DNA of 32,000 nucleotides from an uncultured Emergencia sp. (GTDB lineage Bacteria; Bacillota; Clostridia; Peptostreptococcales; Anaerovoracaceae): NCBI GenBank assembly GCA_965146355.1, contig CBCTFZ010000011.1, positions 36,859 to 68,858 of the forward strand, read 5' to 3'. Shown piece by piece: positions 17,093 to 26,600 of this stretch (position 1 is its first letter; each line of letters starts with the position of its first letter). The notes under the pieces were generated by a model. It saw only the letters and a program-made list of their open reading frames with translations, ran no database searches and was not told where the DNA came from. The position numbers and the translations under genes were made by a program.

Positions 17093-18670
17093 TTATTCTG
17101 TCCTATTGTGTTTTCTGCCAATGGCGCGGAACAGGAGCAGGCCCGCTCCCATGAGCAGGACGCCTACAGTGGCAAACAGAATCGTTCCTGCGCCGCCTGT
17201 AGTCGGCAGCTCAAAACCCTGTCCGTTAGGCACGGTGACAGGCACTAAGCCGCTGTCGATATCTTGTGGAGCATTTTCAATGGTTACGTTGACCCCGCCG
17301 TCCCAGTCACTGTCTGTAATCTGAATTTCAACGGGTCCGCTCAGCTTGTTATAGGAAGCCGGCGCCTTTGTTTCTGTCAGATAGTATGTACCTGCATCAA
17401 GACCGGTCAAGGTCAGTTTGCCGGTAAGGTCTGCCGAGGCGCCTACTGACAGTGTTTCAACAGAATCCGCTTCGCCTGAAAGGGCCGCGCGGTAAACGCC
17501 TTCGCTGACAAGGATAAACTTTATCGGGCTGCTTCCATCCTTGTTTGCGGAAAGGGTAAATTCCGCGCCGGACAGCGGCGCTCCGCTGCTCTTATCGGTC
17601 TTGGATACGTCGATACCGTAGCTGTACACCTTAACTTCATCGTCTTTGGTCTTCCAGCTGTTTCCGCTGTACGGATTGTTGTTGTAATCCAGATATGCCG
17701 TATTAGGGTTGCCCGGCGTTCCGATTACGGCGCCTGCATTTAAAGTAGCGTTATACCGGATGTGAATCTTACTATACTGTTTGATTTTTTCGTAATCAAA
17801 GGTGACGATGAAGGTTACATCTTTACCAGCTTCATTTGTCAAACCCGCATCTGTCTTTATTTCATAGCCTTCAGTCAACGGTTCATTGCTATCATCTCCG
17901 AATACTTTGATAGAAGTTTTGTCCAAAGTCAGACCATCTGACAGCTTATCGCTGACTTTATATCCTTTTGCCGTGGCGTTTTCCGGATACTGCGGGATGT
18001 CTGACCGCAGGTCAAAGGTGACCGTTCCGCCGATATTGGCGTTATCTGCGCCGCCTGCATTTGCGCCGACGCCGACAGGATGACCGTCATTTACTGTCTC
18101 GTTGATGGTCTTATCGATTGCTGGCTCGCTGGCTTTGACATTCACCATTGCCGGCGTAGTCATAGTCCAGGCGCCGTCTTGATATGCAGGCACCAGATTG
18201 ACAGCCGACGGCCGGTAAACCTTCATGCCGTTTTCGATGAGAATCAGGTAGTTACCCATCTCCAGGCCTCCAATGCTGCAGCTGCCGGTTCCGGTTCCTG
18301 CTTCAGCAAGGGTGATGTCTCCGCTCTTTATAGCCGCTGACAGCTTATCGTAAAATGCTGCAATATCACTGTCGCTGACCGTGTTGTTGAAGTTCTCTAT
18401 GTTCTCATAGGCGGGATAGTTGGTTTTCAGCCAATCTGCAACTGCATCGACCCACACGTATTCCGGGTCGACAGGGGAATCCTTGTCATAATCGTAATTT
18501 ACCGTCATCAGTTGGTAGGCGGTGACCGTTACTCCATCTTCTACGCCGCTGACTGTGATGGTACCTTTCTCATCACTGCCGATTGCAAAGACCGATGTGC
18601 CAAGCAGGCTGAGCGTCAACAGGAGCACGAGAAACAGTGCTGTGAATTTTGATACGTTCCTTTCCATCAT
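17093..18670 (-). CDS. Backbone (major) pilin, isopeptide-forming SpaA/FimA-like
   Basis: A signal peptide, an E-box-like YYLTETKAPASYNKL, and the C-terminal sorting signal LPTTGG plus a hydrophobic helix plus RAIGRKHNR. Its size (525 aa) and position between the tip adhesin and the sortases fit a backbone pilin. Confidence 0.85.
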   Translation of the reverse strand: MMERNVSKFTALFLVLLLTLSLLGTSVFAIGSDEKGTITVSGVEDGVTVTAYQLMTVNYDYDKDSPVDPEYVWVDAVADWLKTNYPAYENIENFNNTVSDSDIAAFYDKLSAAIKSGDITLAEAGTGTGSCSIGGLEMGNYLILIENGMKVYRPSAVNLVPAYQDGAWTMTTPAMVNVKASEPAIDKTINETVNDGHPVGVGANAGGADNANIGGTVTFDLRSDIPQYPENATAKGYKVSDKLSDGLTLDKTSIKVFGDDSNEPLTEGYEIKTDAGLTNEAGKDVTFIVTFDYEKIKQYSKIHIRYNATLNAGAVIGTPGNPNTAYLDYNNNPYSGNSWKTKDDEVKVYSYGIDVSKTDKSSGAPLSGAEFTLSANKDGSSPIKFILVSEGVYRAALSGEADSVETLSVGASADLTGKLTLTGLDAGTYYLTETKAPASYNKLSGPVEIQITDSDWDGGVNVTIENAPQDIDSGLVPVTVPNGQGFELPTTGGAGTILFATVGVLLMGAGLLLFRAIGRKHNRTE

Positions 18671-18749
18671 GTATCTTTCTCCTCTATTTCATCTTCTTTT
18701 GTAATAACGTCTGTCCCCGCAGGGGGTCTTTTCTCTCTTCTCCCTGCCA

Positions 18750-21700
18750 TCACATCCTTTCGGATTGGCCGCGGCGTTTCTTCCGCCTGCGGGTGTACAG
18801 CAGCCAGCCTCCGCTTCCCATGAGAACGGTTCCACCGGCGGTGTACAGCATCATGCCTATGCCGCCTGAGGTCGGGAAGAAAATATTTTCCCGATTAGGC
18901 AGCAGCAGGCTTCCGTCGTCTTCCTTTACGATAAAGGCCAGAGGCTGATTCTCTCCGAGGGCAGTAATCTGTACCTCTTCGTTGAAGTCATCGGGAACGA
19001 CAACCTTCCACTGACCTTTCGGCAGGATTCTGCCTCCCGGCGCTTTGGTCTCCACCAGACGGTATTCGCCCGGTGCCAGCTCTTCAAAGGAAACCTGCGG
19101 GTCGCTGGTTTTTTCGCCCACCAGGCTCCAGCAGTCTCCCGGGTTTGCGGTGTCCACCAGGTTTCCATCGTGGTCTTCGCTGCAGGTGCGTTCATACAGC
19201 CGGAACACTGCGCCGGTCAGTTCTTCGCCGTTGTTCTCCGCCGCAACCTTGGTAAAGATGAAGCTGCGCGGAATATATTTGCGGAAGTTGATGAATTCCG
19301 GCATATTCTCATCAGACCAGTTTTCCTTGCCGTCGCTTTCATAGGAGACTGAGGCAGTCAACTGGTTGCTGTTCTTCTCTTTTGTCACCGTTACCACGGC
19401 ATAGACTTCAGATTCATCATAGGTGATGGACGGGTTGTAGTCTTCATCCCCTTTCTCCGGAATCTTCTCGGTAATGCGGTATCTGTATTCACCCGCTTTG
19501 TCATAGATAAACTTTCCGAAGCTGACCGCGCCGTATTCGTCCGCATTGACGATGGCCGCCTCCTTATCCTCATCGACTTCCCACAGGTCGTCTACTTTTT
19601 TCATCGCCTGCAGAGAGAATTTGAAATCGGAAAGAGGTACGCTTCCCGCCGCGCCCTGCAGAATCTTTTTCGCTTCCAATTCTGCGCTGGCGCTGCCCGG
19701 CGTTTCATAGTAATTGATAAATTCCGGCGTTCCTCCCTCTTCCACATCTTCGGAGACTTCCTCTCTTTCGACGACATAAGAGGCCTCGGCCTTCAGGGCC
19801 TTTGCTGTTTCGTCTTCCTTCGCCTCCTCCGTTACCTCTACGGTTACGTAAACTTTGGCGTCGTCGTAGGTGATGGACGGGTCGTAGTTCTCATCGCTAG
19901 GTTCCGGAATCACTTCGGTCACCAGATATTTATATGTACCGGCTCTGTCGTAATCTATTTTCTCAAAGGTGATATTTCCCTCCTCGTTTGCATGGACGAC
20001 TTCCGGCGCCTTGTTTTCATCGGCTACCCACTGACCGTCCTCCTGTTCTTTCAGCTGCTGCAGGGAAAAGACGAAACTGCTTAGGGCCACAGGGTTATCA
20101 CTGCCCTCCGGCGTTATCATCGTCTTTTTCGCCTTTATCTGCAGGGATGTTGGGTCCGGTATCTCATAAGTGTTCTTCAGCGTATAGGTAATCACCTTAT
20201 TGCCGCTGCCGTCTTCCGATTCCACCTTCACCGGTTCCGCTCCGTTATAGTCGGTCACGGCCCTTTCCCGGACAGTATATTCGTAAACTGCGCCCTCTTC
20301 GTCGTAGACCGGCAATCCTTTTATCTCCGCAGACCAGCCGTTCTCCTCTGACAGGGTCAGAGTCTGTATGCTCTCTTCGCCGCGCAGAATCTCTACGGAC
20401 AGCGTGGCCGGCCGTTTTCCGTACTTGTCGCCTAAATCGTCCCACTGCTTTACTATCCTGATACCGGTATAGTCGGTCAGGGTGTTGGTAAAGACCACAG
20501 TTCCATCTGTCTCTGTTTCCATCTCTGAGGCGTATGGCCCGTCGCAGGTCTCGCTGACGGTGTACTTTATCTCTTCGCCCTTATCGTTGTACTTCGGAAG
20601 GTCGGTAAAGGTGTAATTCCATGTATTTGACCCTTCTTCTCCCTGTACGGTAACAGGGTCGCCGCAGGCTTTCAGGTCGGCATAAAGCTGCAGGGTAATC
20701 TTCTCCGGCCGCTTTCCGGCTGCGTCGCCGTTGTCCTTCCATATTTTCTTCACAGGAAGCTCTACTTTTTCGTCTATCAGATTGATAAACTCTCCGTCCC
20801 TTGAGGATACCTGCCGGTATCCCTCCGGAACCACTTCTTCTACCTCGTAGACGATGAGGTTATTGTCTTCGTCGTATGCAGGCAGACCGCTTATCCTGTA
20901 ATTCTGAACGTGTTTCAGCAGCGGGTTGGTATTGCCCTCCGGCACGGTTCCCTCTGTCCAGGTCAGCTGGCTCTCATCATAGGAAGCTTCGGTTCTCACG
21001 TCGTTGACGATTTTGTACAGCTTGATTGCAGGCCCTTCATGGCTTTTCTTTCCGTCAAGCCAGGTCTTGGTTCCTGAAATGCTGGTCTGCTGGGTATTGG
21101 TCAGGGTAAAGCTGCCGTCTGCCTCTTCCTTTACCGTGCAGCTGTAAGGTAACGGCATTGGAACTTCTGCCACCCGATAGGTAATCTTCTCCCCTTTTTC
21201 CATCACCGGAAGTCCGGTAAAGGAATAGGTCCACCGGTTTCCTACCTTCGTCCAGTCCGGCGCTTCAATTTTCAGAAGCATTTCTTCGCTGTCGCCGACT
21301 TTTTTAAACAGCATCAGCCCTACGGTTCCCGGACGATACTCTCTGCCGGTTCCGTCAAGCCATATCTTTGTCACATCCACCTGGGTTTCTTCCACGGTGA
21401 CGCCGACCTTCGCCGGTTCTGCATATACCTGCCGGTTGTCTGCGCCCACATAGGTATAGCCAAAGGTGTTCCAGGCCGTCTTTCCTACGGCCTCAGCAGG
21501 CAGCTTTGCCTGAAATTCCACGGTCAGATTGGATTTGCTCGGAATCGGATTTTTCAATGCCAGCCGGAAAGCTTTTGCACCGGCAGAGTTACCGGTAAAT
21601 CCGGTTCCGTTCGTCCACGCATCCGCGGAATAGCCCGAATCGCCGGTGTCGCTGCTGTAGGTAATCTCATATTGACTCTCATCCAGCTTCTGTCCGCCTA

Positions 21701-23585
21701 CTTTCACCACGAAATTCAGCTCCTCCGCCAAGGTCATGGAAAACTCGCTTTCTCGTTTTGCCACCGCATTGAGTACGCCGGAATCTCCCTCATGGGGCAG
21801 CTTTTCGATGAGCACTACATTGTTATACGCTCCGTCGCTGATGTTGTTCAGGTTGAGCCGGTAGGTCACGCTGCCGGATATATTGCTGATGGTAATCTTA
21901 TTATCGGTACTGTTTCCTGCGGCCAGATTATCCTCTTTTTCGGTTTCGTAAACTTCTTTGTAGGCGCTGGAGCCGCCGGTCATGGTCGGATAGACCACCG
22001 CCTCGTCTGCCACGCCGATGACGGTAGTTCTGTCCGTATCGTAGATGGCCTGGCCGCTGGAACCTGCTTCAAAGGTTCCGTTGACCCGCAGTTCCGCTCT
22101 GTTGGTATAGTTAAAGCTGCGGTACTCGCTTCCTTTATATCTGGTATAGATATAGTAGGTTTTGGTTGCGCCTGCAGCGACAGAAACATTGCTGATGGTT
22201 ACCGTCTGTCCCGACTTGCCGAAGGACTGGCCTGAGCTGTTGGTAGAAACCGTGCCGGCAACTACAGCTCCGCCCGATACTGCAACAGAGCTTCCGTTAC
22301 TGCTCTTAATCACTTCGTATGGATATGGAATCAAATCTGTCAGGGTTGCGCCGGACAGCGCCGTGGTACCTTCATTCTTTATATCAATCTTCCATCTGAC
22401 CACATCGCCAAACTTCAGATTAGTCAAATCAGTCTTGGAGTTGGTGGAACCATTGACTGTTTCCAGGGTGGCAGTGTCTGCAATGTTTTCATAACGCCGT
22501 TCTGCCGTCTTAGTGATACCGGCCTTGTGCTCCGGTCCATATACCGATGTGGAAGCCTGGTACTGGGTACTGTTAATCTTGGTTCCTTCGTCTACATTCT
22601 GCTTGGCGTTGGCATTTTTCACCACCGTCTTAAACTGGTCTTCCGCTGCGGAAAGATTACCGCGAATCTGGAAGTCCGATTCGTTTACCGTCAATTTCGC
22701 GGTGTTGGTCCACTGACGAGGCTCTGCCTTGCTCCTGTCGATAATCACAGCGTAGGTAAAGGCGAACATCTCGCCCGGCTTCAGGGTTACCCCGGCATCT
22801 CTGCTGTTAATGTTGGAAAAGACCCTGAAGGTCGGCGTTGTCGTACTGTAGTTCTTATTATTAACATACTCTTTAATATCCATATTCACGGTCTTCGCCG
22901 TCATGCCCTTTGGAACAGACGTCACCTTTGCTGTATCTGCGGCATTGACGATACTGTAATTTCGCGGACAGCCAATGGCTGTCGTGTTGCTCCACTGTAC
23001 GTTCGCGTTAAAGGTTCCAAACATATTGTATGCCCATTCAGTCGGTGTGCTGGTCGACGGGGTGGCATACGCGTTTCCATTTAAAATAGCATTTTTCACA
23101 CTGTCAGTAGAGTAGAAAGCGCCAAACTGGGTAGAAACAGGCATATTTAAAAGTCCAGGGTTATGCTGTGCAATTCGTGTTCCTTCAGCTACGGTATTGG
23201 CCGGAAGTACATCTTGAATCGTCTTTACGGTAAGATTCTTATTGCTGCCCAAATCATTGGCCACCGTCACAGTATAATAGACTACATCGTATTTATTATA
23301 AGTAGTAGATCCGCTGGTTAAATTTGTCTGCGTTCTGGAAGTGCCGAAGTAAGACAAATCCGTACTGCTCTCCAGCGCACTAAAATCTACGCCAAAATAG
23401 TAAGCGCCGCTTAGATATCTCGCCGCTGGCGTAAACGAGCCAAACCCTCTCACTGCTTTTGAAAAATACAGCCTGTTTGTTCCAGGGGCATAGTAAAACC
23501 CGGTGTCTGCCACCACGTCTTTTCCGTCCACTTTGCTGGTCGCCCTGTTGTGAATCATGTACAGGTTAGCCGGATTCTGGTCCAC
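18750..23585 (-). CDS. C-terminal portion of a giant sortase-anchored adhesin (tip-pilin candidate), with no signal peptide or RBS of its own. It is in frame with the upstream ORF, so it is effectively a pseudogene fragment unless the TAG at 23673-23675 is bypassed.
   Basis: Domains in order: DUF11-type repeats (for example GDVVRWKIDIKNEGTTALSGATLTDLIP); four Cna-B repeats (VTKIWLDG..., GTKTWLDGKK..., VKKIWKDNGDAAGKRPEKITLQLY, IVKQWDDLGDKYGKRPATLSVEIL); two Spy0128/FctA-like isopeptide domains; a SpaA-like domain (YRLVETKAPGG). The sorting signal is FPTSGG plus a TM helix plus RRRKKRR. The listed start is a GTG without a Shine-Dalgarno sequence. Confidence 0.65.
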   Translation of the reverse strand: MDQNPANLYMIHNRATSKVDGKDVVADTGFYYAPGTNRLYFSKAVRGFGSFTPAARYLSGAYYFGVDFSALESSTDLSYFGTSRTQTNLTSGSTTYNKYDVVYYTVTVANDLGSNKNLTVKTIQDVLPANTVAEGTRIAQHNPGLLNMPVSTQFGAFYSTDSVKNAILNGNAYATPSTSTPTEWAYNMFGTFNANVQWSNTTAIGCPRNYSIVNAADTAKVTSVPKGMTAKTVNMDIKEYVNNKNYSTTTPTFRVFSNINSRDAGVTLKPGEMFAFTYAVIIDRSKAEPRQWTNTAKLTVNESDFQIRGNLSAAEDQFKTVVKNANAKQNVDEGTKINSTQYQASTSVYGPEHKAGITKTAERRYENIADTATLETVNGSTNSKTDLTNLKFGDVVRWKIDIKNEGTTALSGATLTDLIPYPYEVIKSSNGSSVAVSGGAVVAGTVSTNSSGQSFGKSGQTVTISNVSVAAGATKTYYIYTRYKGSEYRSFNYTNRAELRVNGTFEAGSSGQAIYDTDRTTVIGVADEAVVYPTMTGGSSAYKEVYETEKEDNLAAGNSTDNKITISNISGSVTYRLNLNNISDGAYNNVVLIEKLPHEGDSGVLNAVAKRESEFSMTLAEELNFVVKVGGQKLDESQYEITYSSDTGDSGYSADAWTNGTGFTGNSAGAKAFRLALKNPIPSKSNLTVEFQAKLPAEAVGKTAWNTFGYTYVGADNRQVYAEPAKVGVTVEETQVDVTKIWLDGTGREYRPGTVGLMLFKKVGDSEEMLLKIEAPDWTKVGNRWTYSFTGLPVMEKGEKITYRVAEVPMPLPYSCTVKEEADGSFTLTNTQQTSISGTKTWLDGKKSHEGPAIKLYKIVNDVRTEASYDESQLTWTEGTVPEGNTNPLLKHVQNYRISGLPAYDEDNNLIVYEVEEVVPEGYRQVSSRDGEFINLIDEKVELPVKKIWKDNGDAAGKRPEKITLQLYADLKACGDPVTVQGEEGSNTWNYTFTDLPKYNDKGEEIKYTVSETCDGPYASEMETETDGTVVFTNTLTDYTGIRIVKQWDDLGDKYGKRPATLSVEILRGEESIQTLTLSEENGWSAEIKGLPVYDEEGAVYEYTVRERAVTDYNGAEPVKVESEDGSGNKVITYTLKNTYEIPDPTSLQIKAKKTMITPEGSDNPVALSSFVFSLQQLKEQEDGQWVADENKAPEVVHANEEGNITFEKIDYDRAGTYKYLVTEVIPEPSDENYDPSITYDDAKVYVTVEVTEEAKEDETAKALKAEASYVVEREEVSEDVEEGGTPEFINYYETPGSASAELEAKKILQGAAGSVPLSDFKFSLQAMKKVDDLWEVDEDKEAAIVNADEYGAVSFGKFIYDKAGEYRYRITEKIPEKGDEDYNPSITYDESEVYAVVTVTKEKNSNQLTASVSYESDGKENWSDENMPEFINFRKYIPRSFIFTKVAAENNGEELTGAVFRLYERTCSEDHDGNLVDTANPGDCWSLVGEKTSDPQVSFEELAPGEYRLVETKAPGGRILPKGQWKVVVPDDFNEEVQITALGENQPLAFIVKEDDGSLLLPNRENIFFPTSGGIGMMLYTAGGTVLMGSGGWLLYTRRRKKRRGQSERM

Positions 23586-23672
23586 ACTGCCGTTCTTATA
23601 GCCCCAATCAGCCTCAATGTTCTGATTGTGTTCACCCTGACTGTTTTCGATGTTGCTGCTGACGGTAACGGT

Positions 23673-26600
23673 CTACCAGATATGAAGCTCGTCTCCCGGC
23701 TGCAATTCCTGATTCAGGGAGAAATTGATTTTCTTCGCTGTGCTGCTTACCGTATCCGCCTCTGTAATGGTAAACTGGGCCGGAGACAGGGTATATCCGG
23801 TGACGACCTCGTTTTTCGCATTTTTCACCTGATAGTTTACTTTGACGGTTCCCGGTTTCAGGCTCTTCGTTGCCAGGTAGTCAGTCAGATAATTGCTGGA
23901 GTTTACCGGAATTGCCTTCTGGGTCGTATTGTCATAGTAAATATGGAAGGTGATATCGTCGTTTTCCCGCGGGTAGTTGTCCGTATTATTGACTTCCTTT
24001 CCGCCGAGAATGGCGGTTTTCTCCAGAATCTTGTCGCTGACTACAGTGACCTCCGCCTCGGATTCTGCCGTCTTTTCGTTATAGTAAAGGGTGACGCCGT
24101 TTTCCGCATCGCCGGACATTCCCGTCTTTACCTTCATGACCAGGGTCGGATTGGTTTTCACGGTCAGCGAATTCACATCGCCGAAATCCCATGTGACCGC
24201 GCTGACGCCGGTCAGGTCTTCTTCGTCCGCCGTAATGGTCTTAGAAACGGACGGGTTGGTGATGGGGATGACTTTATCCGCCTTTCCCGCCTCATAGGAG
24301 AGAATCAGGTTGAATTTGTCGATGCCCTCATAAGCGCCGGTATTGATTTTCTGTAAATCCATGTAATTGCTGACGCTGCCCAGGTCGTCTACCATGCGCA
24401 TATCCGCAACTGCGTGCTCCGTTCCAAAGTCCTTCAGGGTAAAGGTAACCTCATCCCCTCCGGCAACGATACCTACCGGCGTAACATCTTTGTTCACGTC
24501 TAAAAGAACCGTATTGATTTCATGGGTTACGGAAATGTTCCAGGTCTTTAATTTGCTCCAATCCTCAGGATCCGGTCCCTGAACCATCCAGTTGTTGGTT
24601 ACAAACCGCGTGCCGTTGAGGGGTGCGAAAGCCTTGTTGAACACTCTCGGCTCCGGAAATTTCAGGGTGACGTCTACAGTATAGGTGGCGCCAGCCGGCA
24701 CCCGAATGTCGCTCCACTGCAGCTTCCCGCTTCCCTGCACATAGGTTTCCATATTCTTTGGGCCGAACTGCGTCGACGACAGCGTCAGATTTTCCCCCAG
24801 CACCCATTGAAAATCCGAGGTGGCAAAAGGAGCCGGCAGCGTATCCAGGGCGTCCACCCACATGGTACGGTTTCCTTCGTTTTTAATCGTCAACCTGTAG
24901 GTCACTACGTCGCCTGGATTGATTTCACAGTATCTGGCGTTGTCAGGCGCCTTTCCGTTGATGGAGTAGATGACTTTGTCCGGCTCCGGTTTCGGCACCA
25001 GAGGAATCTGAATGGTGTGGGTACCTTTCCAGGTTCCCTTCAGGTTAATTTTCGCCGTATTGAACGCAGTCACTTCCGCTGCTTCACCGGTGGCGTTGCC
25101 CGGTACGTAAATCCATCCCCTGTAGGTAATCTTCTTTACTGCAGGCCAGGCAGAGGTGCCGGAATCCATGGTGCTGATGTTCCAGGTGATTTCATAGCTG
25201 TTCCCGATTTTTTTATAGGTTCCTGTAATCGACTTGCCGTCCATCTGCCCCGTTATCGTTCCGGAGTCCCCCGCGTCCTTCACCGGCATCAGACCGCCGG
25301 TCATGATGTCCTGTATATACAGATTATCTTCTGCCAGAATGCGGTCGCCCTCATTTTTCACGGTCAGTCCATAGTCTATGTAGTACCAGTTGTCGTTGTT
25401 GTCCACCGGGTCTTCGGCGGTTTTCACCACCGTCGGCTTCGGGTAGCGCACTCTGACGCCCAGATTGGTAGAACTCTCTTTTCTTCCCCCGTTCCAATCC
25501 ACTGCGGCAGTATTTACAATGGAAGAAACGCCGTCGGTGGAAGACACGGTGGCGGTATAGCGATAGTAAATATCCGAACCCACACCAGTGGTAAGGGGGT
25601 CGTTATCCAGCGTTTTATTCCTGCAGAAAGTAATCAGATGATTGGCGCTGTCTATCGTATATCCGCTGCTGAGGGTCTGCCAGTTGGTCCCGTCGGTGCT
25701 GTACTGAAAGCTCCGCGGGTTCGTCAGCTGCGCCGGATATTTGTCTGTAATCGTCACATTGGCAGGAGACAGCCCGCTGTTTCTCACCTTTACGGTATAC
25801 TGCACCGTGTCGCCGACGATGACCTTTCCGTTGGTTCCTTTGTTGTGGCTTTTCTCGATGGATATGTCCACGTCTCTGGAGCGGGCAGTATCCGTCACCT
25901 TGGCCGACTTCCAGCCGGTGCCGTCCGACTTGGCGTTGACCGTATTGACGATGGAGGTTCCTCCGGCCACATTGTCTTTGACCCTGACTTTAGCCGTTTT
26001 GGTCACAGTTGCTCCGGGAAGAACCGTTGCTTCTGTCCAGGTCAGCTTTCTGGTGGCAGCGTCATATGAGGCGCCCTGGGGCGTCTCCATCAAGTCTACC
26101 TGTGTAGGAATCGTATCCTCGATGACCAGATTCTTTAAGGTAACCAGACTGGTGTTGGTCACCGTGATGGTATAGGTCAGAATCATGCCATCCCCATCGG
26201 TGGTGACCACGCTCCGCTTGTCGATGGTAAAGTCCTGTCCCGGATAGGACAGCGGCGCTTCAGCCTTTGCCGTACTGACTGCATTCTCCGCATGGACTAC
26301 GGGCATAGCCTCTAAATCCGCTGTGTTGGCAATCTTCAGACTTGCATTCAGGTCGTTCAGGTCCGCAATGTTGACCGCTTCCTTTTTCAGGGTCACGTTA
26401 AAACTGACGTCCGGCATCTCTGAAGTATAGTCCGTAAGGCTTTTTCCTGTATATTCTACTGCATAAGTAAAGAGCATCTGATTTTTCGCACTGCCATCGG
26501 CGCTGTCATCTTCAGCCTTGACTGCAGCGCCGGTCAGTGTATAGGTGAATCCCTCTCTCGTAGACGCCGGTTTCGTCACTTCGGCCAGCACCTTGCTGCC

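Noticed and set aside
23673-23675. The TAG in the adhesin as a recoded sense codon (pyrrolysine or genome-wide amber reassignment).
   Set aside because: leuB (stop at 5579-5581) and the DUF4358 gene (stop at 7048-7050) both end at TAG at positions where the proteins naturally end, so TAG works as a stop in this genome. No pyl genes are in the window. Local low-level readthrough cannot be excluded and is mentioned in the finding.
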